NCBI RefSeq assembly: GCF_035594765.1
Contig: NC_085845.1
Coordinates: 157,868,897 to 157,932,896 of the forward strand
Length of the DNA stretch: 64,000 bases
Direction: 5' to 3'
From: Anolis carolinensis
Lineage: Eukaryota
Position numbers and translations under genes: made by a program. Shown in pieces: positions 46,231 to 60,298 of this stretch; position 1 is the stretch's first letter, and every line of letters starts with the position of its first letter. The notes below the pieces were generated by a model. The model saw nothing but the letters and a program-made list of their open reading frames with translations. It made no database searches and had not been told where the DNA came from.

Positions 46231-46833
46231 GTAAATAATATATTACTTTCATATAATTTCTATTTAGTTTGATTAAATCTTTCTTTCTACTTTAAAACCA
46301 TTTCTTGTATTCTTTATAATCTTAAAAATGCATTTAAATGAGAAGATGACAAAGACTTAGAAGAAAAATATTTCAAATCAGTTGTATCTTCTGTTTTTCA
46401 GGCAAGTTATGTTATCTAAGTGGTTAACAAATGCTATTCCACATATATCCCACTGGGGCAAAAGCTGTGATATTCATTAGAAAATAAATAAACTATCTTC
46501 ACGATTGTGTTACAGTGTTAGTCATGTTAAGTAAGGAAATCCATCTACTCCTGTATCGAGTGGAAAATACAGATGTACTTAAAATTTATTTTCTAGAGTC
46601 AAGCACATTTTAGTGGTATTTATATATTATGTAATGCAGTGAGATTTATGTCTAATTGTACATAAGTGTTTTTTCACTTTGTATCTGTGTGTATGTGAGA
46701 GAGAATAATGTATTTATGTGGTAGTCGTGTTATGAAAAGCAACCTATAAATGGCAGTTCCTTTTTAGTATGGTATGTTTCTACAGTTTTAAATGTGTAAC
46801 ATATTTTGACAAAAGTCTTATTTTTCACATTAG

Positions 46834-47012
46834 AAAAGGACAATGTCTGTGTATTCCAAGAAGTAACCATTCTGAGCCCTGGTCAAGCCATGATTCAATA
46901 TTTGGATGGAGATCTTTGTTACACGGCAAAATGTTCACAGGAGAAAGATCCCAGCACAGGATTTCATGCTCTGGATCTGATAGTAGTAAACTGCTCCCAA
47001 AAATGTGAAGAT
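46834..47012 (+). CDS. OTOGL: OTOGL exon
   Basis: KDNVCVFQEVTILSPGQAMI..NCSQKCED. Confidence 0.93.
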
Positions 47013-47477
47013 GTAAGTTTTGCTAATGTACAAGAGTGAAATTATTTTTTAGTAAACTGCAGCTGTCTTTGAAATCCATTCAAAAAGGATAGTAATATTA
47101 TGACAGGCAGCTCCACGCAGTCACAGCAGAGGTAGAAGGAGCCCTGCTGTACACATTGTTGTGAAAGTAAACTACAATTTTATGAAGTTTTAAATCAACC
47201 CAATGAATACATAAGGTGAATGACAAAAGTCATTGTCTTAATTTTTCTACTGCCTAATGGCAGTAGGTTTCGTATAGGGTGGCTGCATATTTTATCTTAT
47301 GTATAGTTGTGTGGCCTTAAAGCAATTCTCAAACAATATTCATGTAAAACAATATAGTTGCCATCTCAGCTCTTAAATTTTGATAAAAATAATTTGTTTC
47401 AAATTAGCTATATGTATTTGAAAACAACAGTGTAGATAGATATTAAAATCACATGTTTTTTTCTCTGTTTTTAACAG

Positions 47478-47582
47478 CACCAAGTATACATTCCTTCTCT
47501 TAGTCAGCACTCTTGTTGCGGTTCTTGCATAAATGTATCCTGTCTCTTCGATTTTGACAATGGAACTCTAGTCGTTTATGAA
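47478..47582 (+). CDS. OTOGL: OTOGL exon
   Basis: HQVYIPS..CCGSCINVSC..NGTLVVYE. Confidence 0.92.
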
Positions 47583-48313
47583 GTAAGTCTGTCTACAAAA
47601 ATCTTTTTAAAAATAGTAAATGAGAATCATGACTATGTAATTCTTACTCTATATGTCTTTTAATATCAAAGTTGTTTTATACATTATATTTCTATACCTA
47701 ATTCAGACTATCTTTGATTCCAAGTTGTTTTATATAGTCAGTATACTTGTATTCAAAGGATAGTTGTCACAGATCAGCAAATATTTAGAGCTGCTACCTG
47801 CATTCGCTCTTAGGTGATAAATGTCATCCCAAACAGACCAAAACAAGAAAGAAAATACTTCTTAGATTAATCTGTTTGATTTCCAGTGCCTGTCTCTCTT
47901 CTAAAGTTAGCATCAAGTAATCCCCGAGTCTAAAACTGGCTACATTCCTAATGGAACAAGAAATGTGAAGAAATGTGGCTTCTTGCGCAGAGCAGTATTG
48001 CTTGAGTTTTCCTGCTAATCTAATTGGCTAAATTAACCTGGGTTTGTTCTTAATATTTGAATCTTGTTTTATAGGGGTGCGATAAACCAATAAACACTGG
48101 GAAGTTGCTCCAGTTTGGAGAATTCTGTGTTACAGAAAATGTTCTTACTTTGCAAAGGGATCTTGTAGCACACTTGAAACTGAAAGAAGTGGGTAGAATA
48201 AGCTTTCACAGACCAAGTTTACTTCACCAGAATTTGCACAGTAATAGAAAATGTTTCTTTTATCTTCTGGCTAACAGTTCTAGAAGAATAACCCTTTGCC
48301 TTTAACTTTTTAG

Positions 48314-48433
48314 GATGGAAGCACATGGGTCTCAAAATGTATTAAATATGAGTGTACAAAGACTGCTATAGGTGCAATAGTACTTGGATCCAGCATCATT
48401 TGCCCACCTTTTAATGAGACTGAGTGTACTAAG
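48314..48433 (+). CDS. OTOGL: OTOGL exon
   Basis: GSTWVSKCIKYEC..CPPFNETECTK. Confidence 0.93.
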
Positions 48434-49002
48434 GTTTGTACTCATATAAAATGGGAACAATAATTGAAAATACATTTTTATTTATGATTTTAATTTAATT
48501 TAATAATCATATGCACCAATTTTCCATTGTTTTCATTAGGCTAAATCCCATGTCAATCTCAATTAGAGTAAACTGATTGAAATCAATAGAACCTTCATAT
48601 GTGGAGACGAACAGTTTCATTTATTTCACTGGTTATACTCTAATTGAAACAAATACTGAATTTAGTCCAATATGAATTATGCCATAAATAACACTGTTTA
48701 ACATTTCATGTAATTGTGTTGTTCCTAATAGATTGATAAGTAATGCTACATAATTTGTCTGAGTAGGGCTTTGATCCCAAGCATACCTATATGGAAGCAA
48801 ATATCTTTATCTAGAGCCCATAAAGTTTATTGTTGCACAGAAGGAAACCTTGATCGTGTTATAGGCTATTCCACTACATTTTCAAAGATAATAAACCTAT
48901 TTACACAAAGTAATTATTGATAAATCTGCTTCTTCTCTTGGAAAAATGATTACCAAAACATATCATTGGATAAGAGAAATCATGGTCAGGATTATATGTA
49001 AA

Positions 49003-50689
49003 CTAGCTGTGCCCGGCCATGCGTTGCTGTGGCTTAGTCTGGTGGTGTTGGTCAATCTACATTAGGTTGTATTTATGCTGTGACCTCCACCCTTCTTTAT
49101 ACTCACATTAGCAGTAGTATTTGAAGTCTGTTACCTTCTTCAATTTTTGTGTTGATTGATAATTGCTTGAGATCCCTGTTGTCTTTGGTTTGTTGTTAAT
49201 TGTGATGTCTGATTCTGCTGAGTGCGGTTTACATCTTATTGTGGTACAATAGTCTTTTTTTTTTGTTTTGCCTGTGTAGGTGTTTATTATTGTTGTTGTT
49301 GTAGTGGTCATGAAGGCTGGATAAGTTAGATGCTACTGTATTGTTTTTTGGAGGCCCAGTGTAGCACTGACTGGCCTCTCAGCCTCAGTGCCTGGCTGCT
49401 TCTTGCCTGTGATGGTGTAGATTCTTATTGTTGTTGTTGTCATTGCTATTATTGTAATGGTTTTTTTGGAGGCCAAGTGTGAATGTAGGGATTGGGGAGG
49501 TGGATGAGCACTGAATGGCCTTGTAGACTCAGTGCATGGCTGATTCTTGCCTGTGTAGATGTTTATTATTAGTGGGTGAGTGGATGGATAGATGAGTGGA
49601 TGGATAGATAGAGTGGGTGCTCTCCTTGTTTCCTTTATTCCTATGCTGTTCCTTTTCTCTGCTCCGATCCTGAGCTCGCTGATAAGAACACACTGGTCAG
49701 AAAGGAGGGTAAATATAACCGGATCAATGGTCTTTCTCTCCCTTTTGCTCTTGGCCTTCCGGGCAGAGAGGGAGGGCTCTTGTACTTGGCGTTCCTTCGC
49801 TTCCCTTCCCTCCCTCCTTCCTTCGTTCTATCCGTCCCAGCCTTTCCTGCCTGCGGAGCCATGGAACTGGGTCAATGGGTTGGATGGCGAGGAAAGGGAA
49901 AAGGAAGAGGCCTCTAATTGAAATGCATGGACTCCATGCCATGGGGTGCTAGGATTTGTAGTTTGCATCCAGTCCAACCCCTTTCTTTCTTTTTGTCATG
50001 GAGGAAGAACCCACCCAAACCCCTCAGACAGATGGCCATCCGGTTTAGTTGTGTTGTTATAGTCACAATGCGTTGTTGTGAGTTTTTTGGGTCCAAATTG
50101 TGGTTTTGTGGTGTGGTTGTGTTGTTACAACCGGAAGGGAAGGCTTTTGTGTTGTGTTGCCAAGTTTCGTATTTCTGGGGCGTTTAATTGTGTTGTTATA
50201 GTCACGATGCGTTGTTGTGAGTTTTCTGGGTCCGGATTGTGGTTTTGTGGTGTGGTTGTGTTGTTACAACCGGGAGGCAAGGCTTTTGCATTGTGTTGTC
50301 AAGTTTTGTATTTCTGGGGCGTTTAGTTGTGTGCCAAGTTTCATATTTCTGGGGCGTTTAGTTGTGTTGTTATAGTCACGATGCGTTGTTGTGAGTTTTG
50401 TGGGTCCAGTGTGGCTTTGTGGTGTGATTGTGTTGTTACAACCGGGAGGGAAGGCTTTTGCGTTGTGTTGCCAAGTTTTGTATTTCTAGGGTGTTTAGTT
50501 GTGTTGTTATAGTCATGCTGTGTTGTTGTGAGTTTTGTGGGTCTGGATTGTGCTTTTGTGGTGTGGTTGTGTTGTTGTAACCGGGAGGCAAGGCTTTTGC
50601 ATTGTGTTGCCAAGTTTCGTATTTCTGGGATGTTTAGTTTTGTTGTTATAGTCACTGCGCCCGCAACTTTATCCTTTTATATATATAGA
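49003..50689 (-). mobile_element. Non-autonomous Helitron
   Basis: On the - strand it starts TC-TATATATATAAAA and ends with the hairpin GCCACAGCAACGCATGGC plus CGGGCACAGCTAG before a T; no TSD. Confidence 0.8.
50044..50655. repeat. GT-rich minisatellite of about 139 bp inside the Helitron
   Basis: Unit starts at 50044, 50183, 50357, 50494 and 50633. Confidence 0.9.
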
Positions 50690-50823
50690 CAGCAAAGGTT
50701 TCAACTAATAATGCCCTTAAAATTGAATGAAAATTACATAATTCAGGCTATGTTCAATGTATGACTGAATACAAACCAGAGATGTTAGTAGACCAATAGG
50801 TATTGTTAGGTCTGTAGATTAAA

Positions 50824-51138
50824 CCGGTGGTGCAGCAGGTAAACTGCTGCGCTACTGAACTTGCTGACTGAAAAGTCGGTGGTTTGAATCCGGGGAGCGG
50901 TGTGAGCTCCTACTGTTAGCCCCAGCTTCTGCCAACCTAGCAGTTCAAAAACATGTAAATGCGAGTAGCTCAATAGGTACAGCTCCAGTGGGAAGGTAAC
51001 AATGCTCCATGCAATCATGCCTGCCATATGATCTTGGAGGTGTCTACAGACAACATTGGCTTTTCGGCTTGGAAACGGAGATGAGCACCAACCCCCAGAG
51101 TTGGACTTAATGCCAGGGGAAAACCTTTACCTTTATCT
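50824..51138 (+). mobile_element. Sauria SINE
   Basis: tRNA-like head (GGTTTGAATCC), core gttagccccagcttctgccaacctagcagttc, (ACCTTT)n tail. Confidence 0.88.
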
Positions 51139-51885
51139 AGATAAAATTCCTGCAATTTATTTAGAATTTATTCTGGACTTATTAAAAACCCAGAACCAAA
51201 GATTTATATGATTAATTCTGCAAGTGCCTTTTACAAGTGCTTGGTCTTAGACTATGATTTCTGGATGGCCTGCATTTAATATTGAATGTAATGCTTTTAA
51301 ATGTTTAATATTTATTAATTTTAATTAAATCTATTTTAAGCTTAGGTTTTATATGTGTTTAAGAATAGGTCACTTTAAACACACACCAAAAGTCAGAATT
51401 AAAAAAAAATTAGACGAACTAGATATTCACAGTATATTAGTTCAATCAAAAAGGTCAACATGGGATAGAGAGAGGAGGTTCACGTTGTTACCATCACACT
51501 GTTGGTGCAACATTTCCAGTTAATATGGCATTTGAGAAGGTTCAAAAACAGTTTGTTTTGTGCATATTGATTGTCTGCATACAGCATGACATGCAATTTG
51601 CAATTATTAGTGAACTATAACACCTAAGGCTAATTTTGTAGCTTATATTAGAGCACCAAGATTTCCACTGATGATTTATGACAAGAAATCAGTGCCTTTA
51701 TATGTTACAGTTGTTGTGAGACTCAATTTTCTTATAATGTGAACTATTAATATAGCTAACTTAAGTAAATGGATGCACTAGCTTCTAATTTAGCTGTCCT
51801 CTTTCTTTAGATCTATTATATAAATATATCAAAATGTTTCTTTGGACACAGTCTTTTTTGAAATATTCTCTTTACATTTTTCTAG

Positions 51886-51931
51886 AATGGAGGCACAATA
51901 CAGACATTTAATGATGGCTGCTGCAAGACCT
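51886..51931 (+). CDS. OTOGL: OTOGL exon
   Basis: NGGTIQTFNDGCCKTC. Confidence 0.9.
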
Positions 51932-54154
51932 GTAAGTGAAGAAAGCTGCATTCAGTGCTAGTTGTTTGCTAGTCTTGCTCTTGATTTTGGATAGCTCCGT
52001 GTTCTTAACTATTCTAATATGGACATTTGGAAAAAAAAGCATGCTGCCCCCAAATCATGTCAAATATATTTTTTTTAACAAATGTCATTGATAAACCTTG
52101 CTTCATTTGGCTGCTCACATGATGATTTTGGATTGTTTCAACCTTTCCTTCTGGAGTATAACTGATCTCTCCAAATATAGTATATGTCCAATTTAAATCT
52201 AGGTTAAATATAACCCCCCCCCCCCCAAATTATATACATATTATTACCAAAAATGAGATACACACATCCGTTCAAAAGAAAAGTTTAAACCAAGACATGT
52301 GATGTGTGTTATGTACTGGAAGAAATTATTATATGATTGTCATAACTTTTTCTATCACATGGTAGAGTACTTTAGTTATTAAAAGTGAGCCAGCACTGTA
52401 TGCTAGGACTAACAGTAAACCCTAGTATAAGGTGCTAACTTAATTGCGTGCATATAGACTCAATATGAATACATTTTCCCCTTTCCAGTTTAGTCCAGAT
52501 ATGAAAAGAGATTTCAGTGAGTAATAACTTTCTATGGGACAATGTTGGATTTTAAGAACTGCATTTTAAGAATTTTGTTAGTGTAAATGCATGAGTACAT
52601 ACTCATTTACACATGATTAAAAGGCATATTATAGTTTCAAGAACTGTTCAGTAAAGTACTCCAAACTTATGTATGTCATACATTACAATTCTTAGTGTAG
52701 AGAAGGATATTAAACATTTGAATTTTTTAGAAGTCCCAAAAATCTGGACATTTTATCTGAGAATCAATCAACTGGCGGAATCTAGAAAGCACAAAAATAT
52801 GATGTATCAAATATATATGAAAGGAAAGAGCAAAGGAAAAAGAAAAAAGAAAGGAAAGGAAAAAAGAAATGGAAAAGACTGGCCATTCCTAACATTTTTT
52901 TGGGGAGGTGGGAGGAGTCTTTCTCAAAGGAAGTTTGTTGATACTTTTTATTCAAGTTCATTCCGCACTGCAGGTTAGCAAATCAAATCAAACTGTATTC
53001 AATTCCACACAGCATATATTCGATAGTGTCCTAGCAGACTTCTGTCTTTATATTTTTCACATCCTGTCGGGAACTACCAACATGTTATTTCTTATTAATT
53101 CAGAATGCCCCTTGTGTGGATTATTTCCTTTCTAAGTCCTCTTTCCAGAAAACAAACGTACATATGTGTTCTATATGCTGCGTTCCAGTCTATTCCAGAG
53201 AATTTATAAATGTTATGTCCTCTAAATCTATGTTAATAAGCAACACATATTTTGATCTTGCCTGTTGATGTACCTGTACAAAAACGTTCATTGATGAGGG
53301 CAAGTCCCTTCCAGTTCAATAGGCAATAGCATCAGTTATTCAGATCCTACTGCACAACGTATATAATTATAGACTGTGTGTTAACATTAAAGAGACATGT
53401 GGTAGAACATGGAATTGTGGATTGTTCCTTGTTAATAGAAGGGCTGACACTCAGCAAAGGCTCTCTAGGGGCGTTTCCACACATGGTTAAAACCCAGATG
53501 GGTTAAAATAACCCGCTTCAGTGAGTACTCTGGTCCATTTCACCCAACCCAAACTCTGGATTTTCCCTTAAGGGTAAATAAAGTCTATCCTGAGTGAAAT
53601 CGGGATAGCATGAAGTCACCCAGAAGCCCCCCATTTGGGCCCCAAAATTTACCAAGAGGCCAAAAGTGCGAGATGGCTATGTGTACTGACCCCTGGAATG
53701 TGACCCCAGAAGTCAGTCTCCACATGCACAATACCTCATTAGACCTGGATCTTTCAGGAAGGCTCAGATCTAATAAGTATTTAATTAATACACAACAAAC
53801 CAAGGAAACCTTGCTTTATTTTGCATTAATTTGCTTTTATCAGAGGTATTGTTTCGATGCCTCCGGTAAAACTGAGACAGATCCCGCATTTTGGGGCAGT
53901 CTGGATAGGCTCTGGGTTTGGGGGCAGAGGACCTTTTATCCATTCTGCCTTCTCTAGAGCTTTCATTAATGTTTTTAGTGCCCAGAGAAAGAAACCTTTG
54001 TGGAGGATTTAGTGTGCTTCAAAGGAAAAGAATACAATAAAAATTGACTTTCTTCTTTTTTCCAGTAGGACTGTCTTCTGAGTGGATTTCCACTCAAAGA
54101 AAGATATATATCTGCTGTCTATGACAGTCTATGTCACTGTCTATGTCTTTAATA

Positions 54155-54491
54155 CAGATTGAGCATCCCTTAACTGGAATTCTGAAATCTGAAAGACTTC
54201 TAAATCCATAATGGTCCAAATGGATGTCTAAGATGGTGATATCTTTGATTTCCAATGGTTCAGTGTACACAAACTTTGTTTCATGCCCCACATTATTAGA
54301 AGTGTTGTATAACATTATCTTCAGGTTATGTGTGCAAGGTGTATATGAAAGATTGATTAATTTTGAATTCAGACTTGGGTCCTATCCTCAAGACATCTCA
54401 TTATAACGATTTACAAATTCAGGTACTCCAAAATATGGTGAGAGAGAGAAACCCAAACATCCAAATTAGGGAAAAAGAGAGACTCAATCTG
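54155..54491. mobile_element. Tigger/mariner-like MITE
   Basis: TA-CAGATTGAG ... CTCAATCTG-TA; homolog of 18101-18406. Confidence 0.72.
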
Positions 54492-56518
54492 TATCATAAT
54501 TGAAGCTTGGGGATAATTTTAACTGTAAAAAAATTAGCATGAATCGGACTGCTAAACATTTAAGAAAAATATTGAAGAAAATTATTTCCTTAAGTGTATA
54601 GGCCAGGTTTAATCTCTGTTATATAGTACATACGTCATCTATTTAGTTATATGATCCACAAATCTAAAAACTTCAGTGTTAACTGCATTGTTTACAGTGC
54701 TGTGTAGTATTAGGAAAGTGTTATACTTCAGAACTATTTGCTTGAGATGGCTTCTAAGAAAAAATGTGTAACAGAAATGCTTTAAAAATGCTAATAGTAT
54801 TTTTTAAAAAGAAAAGCATGTGCATTTATTGTAAAGCAGATGGAAAGTTATCTACAAAAATAGCTTGCAACTCTTTGGGTTTTAATGGGGACCAATAATC
54901 TTTAATTTTTAAAGGAAAATGATTCAATGCATGCTTGAGTTGAGTTCATACATTTAATTCTTACCTTGCCAGAATCATAACATTCTCTAGATTTTTTTTA
55001 TAAACACTGCAGTTCTGATATCTTCACAAGTATTAAAGTATAGGTTCATCAATAATTTAGAAAAATAGGAAGACGTGTTACCTTTTGCAAAAAGAAAAAA
55101 TGCAGTTGGCAGTGTAAGAATTAATGCCATATTGTTTATGTAAAAATGTTTTTATATTACAAGAAACTTATGTTCCCAATAATTCTGCCAGGTTCTGGAA
55201 GGGGTGTATTACCATTTGCCATTAGCCCTGTAGTCTCTACTGGTAGTATTAATTGTGAACCAGGTATTATTATTTTTAATAATGTATTTTCTTTCCTTTG
55301 AATGAACTTTATGATGTTATTACTTTTTATAGAAATGTCCATATTTAATCATGTCACTTAGAAGAGGCTATGAAAGGAAATGATAGTCTTCAAGTTACTC
55401 TCTGCCACATCAGAAACAGTTGGCTGAACTAGAATTAATTAATTGAAAGGCCTGGGATGGGCATCGTGTGACCTACAGATGCTGTTGGATGGTGGTTCCT
55501 ATTATCTTTCACTGGTGGTTTTCAAGGGCTTATGAGTGTTGCCATCCAGCATCTGAATGGTCACAAGTTGCCCATCCCATATGTGTGTGTATTTTCTTCC
55601 TTCCCACTTCAATGAGACAATTTATAGTACAGTTGCCCACATTTGCTGGCTTATGGTGGTTTATTCATGGATTTGATTAATTTCCAAGAAGTTGACCACA
55701 GAATCATGTGGAAAAAAACAGAGATTTCTAGAAAGAACACACCTGTAGGAATGTCTAAGTCCTCCAGTGTAATTGTATGGTCAGCTTCCAGTAGAAGTTG
55801 ACAATAGAATTGCGCAGAGATATCTGGAAATTCCCAGAGAAGTGTTATTCTGGGTAAAACCAAGTTTTGGTTCACAGTTTTTCACCTTCACTGGCATTCT
55901 GTGCCCCTTACCCTAGCAAATATTTATTACAGAAGGCAATGAGTAAATTTTTTGAGGAAGACAGGCTACTTTAACTGGTTAGTATTATGATATGGTGGGG
56001 GCAAGATACAATAGTGGAATGGATACAAATAGTCATGTGATATGGATCTTTCAGCATCCATTAGCTTCGGTGTGTACTAGCTTCAACTGGGTGTTCCATA
56101 ATATAATAAACATCTGAAAAGGAGGAGTGTGGAAACTCTATTCTTTCCGTCATACTCTACACACAGAGAGTTAATCTTTGAATAGGAGAGCCTGCTCTGT
56201 CTATGGAGATTCTTCCCACAACTGCAGGAAAGTTGGTTTTACTATCCAGAACCATATGGACAGTCATCATCCTTAGAGGAGGCTCTCCCCTTCACATGAG
56301 GAGAGTGGAAGGGGCAGGCTCTAATTTTTGATCTCCACATGTTTGTTTTCTGTTATTACAGGGCATCTGAAAAATGTTAATGTGATTGCTGTATATGACC
56401 ATTTATATATGTATGATTCACCTTTATATAAAAAGCTTTATATAAGATCAACTGGAAGTTCATTAATAACTATCCTTGACACTGCATTTGATGGAAGCAC
56501 CATGGACATGGACTAGGC

Positions 56519-56653
56519 CAGTGGTTCTCCACCTGTGGGTCCTCAGGTGTTTTGGCCTACAATTCCCAGAAATCCCAACCAGTTTACCAGCTGTTAGGAT
56601 TTCTGAAAGTTGAGGGCCAAAACATCTAGGGACACACAGGCTGAGAACCAGTG
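56519..56653. mobile_element. hAT (Charlie-like) palindromic MITE
   Basis: Same family as 40113-40247; TSD GACTAGGC/GACTGGGC. Confidence 0.85.
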
Positions 56654-58201
56654 GACTGGGCAAATAGTAATTTTCCTAAATACCGATTTTAGAAACATGT
56701 ATTAGAAAGAGAACCAGTGGAGCAGAACTTCTGTTTAATTGATTTGGACCAAGACTTTCCTTTCAGATTTAATCATAGACAACTGAAAGGCTTTTATATT
56801 CTGAACACATCCACACTAATCTTAAGACAGACACTTTTTCAATTTGTTACGATTGTTGATGACTTAAAAGAACAGTCATCTGATTTAAGTAATGCAAATG
56901 TCTAAATTTCTGCAAAGGTGTTCTCTGTAGATAAACATTTTTCCTTTCTTGATTCTTTAGGTAAAAAGGTTATTATGTGGATAAAATTCATTAAGTACTT
57001 ACCCTTGGTTGGGTTGAGGCTTTATAAAAGTATAAGATGAAAAGATCACTTGTGAGAGCCATCACAAAGTTATAGTTTACACCAATATTCATTTAGATTA
57101 TTTCAGGGGAAAATTTGTTTCCACTGAGGTTTTATCACCAATCCTTGTTTTCACAACAAGTCACATTTTTCAAAGGTGAAAAAAACCTTATGAGCAGGGG
57201 CACAGACAGCAAACAAACAAACACCATAGGGGTTTTAATCCTTCCCTATATAATTAAGGGCCCTCAAATAATATGCAATATGTATCAGAAAATGTTTTGT
57301 GTTCCTCTGTCTAATTATTGTCTTAGGGGCTCCAGTCCAAATATAACTCCCCAAATGCAGATTGTTCCTGCAGGCAGAGAACAGAAGAAAGCTTGGATTC
57401 CATGTTCTGCCCATTATTTGTTAACTGAGGCTAGTGTACATAAATATCTGTGTGGTCTGTCTGCTGTAAAAGAAATGGGACATATCATGTGCATTCAGAA
57501 GAATACTGTACAGGCCCTTTTCACACTTTGTGTGATTCAGTTGCTCAACAAATCTGCCAGTCTTTACTTGGACAGAAGAATATTTCAGATTGCTTTAAGT
57601 ATGCATATGTAAAAGAGTAGGCTCCTTTGCTCCATTGCATATAAAACTTATACATTGAACCCTTGAAAGCTAAATGTACATGTCATATTTGTTGCATTCA
57701 GTGGGAAATAGTATTTTAGTCTGTTCTCCTACTTGATTGTTATAATGGGAATTCAGATTTTATCAGCTTGAGCTTCAAATCTCCAAACCTCTAGTGAATA
57801 CTGGGCACTTGTTGATGCTCAAGTATATATATTCACACAGAGAACATGAATAATGACAGGAATGTTACTAAATCACAAATTAATGAATGAACTGACATAA
57901 CTATAAACTAAGGCCATAATCCACAGGCCCACAAGGAAGATTAACAGCTGCAGTATGATGTCTTGAGTTTACCACATTTGAAAATGGTCATATAATAGGA
58001 CGAACTCTCCAGGCTGAACTCTCCAGGCTGAACTACTTCAGATTTTGGTATCTAAGTACAGAGAACAAGTGGGCAAATAGGAAAGATGGGATACCTGGAC
58101 GTTTGCCTAAAATCACACACCTATAAATGTTATTTTCAATATTTTCACCTTATGTCTGAATTAATAAATGAGTGAATAGAGGTTATTTTATATTTCACCA
58201 G

Positions 58202-58281
58202 GCAAAAGAGATGATAGAATTTGCCAAAAGGTGACAGTCAGAACAACTATACGGAAACATGACTGCATAAGTCGGAGTCCT
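58202..58281 (+). CDS. OTOGL: OTOGL exon (cystine knot, first part)
   Basis: KRDDRICQKVTVRTTIRKHDCISRSP. Confidence 0.93.
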
Positions 58282-60097
58282 GTAAGTATGAGCAGCTAAT
58301 TTTGTTTTGTACTTTCTAATTGTGAGCATTGTAATGTTCACAGCATTAAAAGATATCCATAATCAATGTGCTAAATAAACACAAAAAGGAGAAAGGAGGG
58401 GAGAGGGGGAGGAAATGTAGAAAAAAAAGACTATATGTTTTTATTTCAGCTTGAGCTTTCATATATAGATATAAACTCAGTCGTACAGTGGGAATGGGAT
58501 GGAGTGTAATAAGACTGAGAAAGATGCAGATCATATTAAAGATATGAATACAATTCAATTCAACTGTTTCTCATTCTAGTCTTCCTTTGCAATTTCTTTG
58601 TTCAAGGACCACAACTTTTAAATCCCATGCTGTATGTCCAGGGATATTGAAATATTCTGCAACTGGTTTTTGTATATTGCCACTTTCTGATTTGTGTCCA
58701 TTCATCCTCTTGTGTAGAGATTGACCTGTCTGACCAGTGTAGCATGTGGAGGGCTATTACTGGCACATAGTAGAATTGCATGTATTATGTTTGAGGAAAA
58801 AGAAATGCATGTACCTCTGATGTTATGGGTAATGTTTTAGCCTCTGTAATATTGCTTCCAGAGGAGATGTGTTGGCAGAGTTGGCCTCTGGGTTTGTGGT
58901 AGGGTCCTTTCCCTTTATTTCCCTTTTATCCATGTTATGCATCTTTTTGCTCATATTACATTGCATCCCAAGGCTAGGATATCACTCAATCCTGCATCTG
59001 AAGAAATCAGTTTATATCAATGAAAGCTCAAGATATAATTTTTTTAAAATTCTTAAATGTGCAGTTACACCCCCACCCTAATTCTACATTTGTATATTGG
59101 AAAAAATAGCACAGTTACTTCTTTGAAAGCTAAATAAACACATGCCTCTAAATAGGACCTGCTTCTTTCCTGACACCTGGAAGATGTCTTATCTTGCAAA
59201 TATTCTCCCACTCATAAATTAATTACTTCTACGAAACATGACAGAAATGCTGAATCCTTCTGTTTAAAATAACACCTTCCTCCAGATGAGCTGTATACTA
59301 TGTAATTGCTTACAGCAGACAAATAACTTCGATATTATTATATTCCTTCCTTACTCTAAATGAAGGGTGATGGAAAACAAATATGCATGTAACATGATTT
59401 TAAAACACTCTGACCTATGACTTCTCACCATACATATGCTTTTCGAAAACTTAGACACTTAAATCCTTTTAAGGGATTTTAATTTGTGAGATTGAGATGG
59501 TAATCAGAATAGAACATTTTTTGCATGTGTGGGTGTGTTTAAAGTTTTCGATTCTCATGGAAATGTGAAAAATATGATGAAAATGGAAAGGAGTGAAGAA
59601 ACTATTAATGAATTTCTCTTGCATGCATTCTCCTGACAATTAAACTACATATCTTGCCAGAAATATCCTTAATGGCAGTATCATGATCCATTGCCTCACA
59701 ATCTATTGTCTCTAGAAGTTTCACTCTATGGGTCAGGTCTGCAAGCATTTGCTTTGTTTTGTTTTGCTCTTAGGGCTTAGATAAAAGGAACCTATTGTAA
59801 ACATAAAATAGGCATCAGTGGTAGCTCAGGCAACCAGCTAAACCTTAGCTGTATACTTGACGGAGAGCTGGGGAGGGTGGGGTTGTCTTCCCATTTTCCC
59901 ACATCTTAGATCTTACAATATAGACAGTCATGGATTACCCTCTATGAGAAACTGCCCTCTGGAGCTCATAGAGAAGGCCTATGGGGATAGTAGATTTCTA
60001 AATGGTTTCTTATACATATACATACTTAAATATATACTTTGTAAATGGATAAAACCTTAAGTGATTAATGACTTTCTTTCCTTCCTTTCCCTAACAG

Positions 60098-60298
60098 ATC
60101 GATGTATCTTCTTGCGATGGAAAATGTCCCTCTGCCACAATTTTTAATGTCAACATTGATAGCCATTTAAGATTCTGCAAATGCTGTCGTGAAAACGGAG
60201 TGCAGAATCTAACTGTGCCACTCTACTGCTCAGGAAATGGCACTGAAATTATGTATATGATCCAGGAGCCTACAGACTGTTCATGTCAGTGGAGCTGA
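60098..60298 (+). CDS. OTOGL: OTOGL last coding exon (C-terminal cystine knot)
   Basis: SCDGKCPSATIFN..FCKCCRENG..YCSGNGTEIMYMIQEPTDCSCQWS*. Confidence 0.96.
   Translation: MDVSSCDGKCPSATIFNVNIDSHLRFCKCCRENGVQNLTVPLYCSGNGTEIMYMIQEPTDCSCQWS

Noticed and set aside
53469-53915. Possible Harbinger-like elements here and at about 34800-35405 and 62330-62640
   Set aside because: Termini are too degenerate to define TIRs or TSDs by eye.
12099-60298. Calling the gene OTOG, VWF or a gel-forming mucin because of the long S/T/P exon
   Set aside because: The exon peptides (QNKKCFDNDIVCSK, ATFFHHQGLWIPGYSAFEL, FWNYECDALSAYVALC, YCSGNGTEIMY) match my recollection of OTOGL closely.
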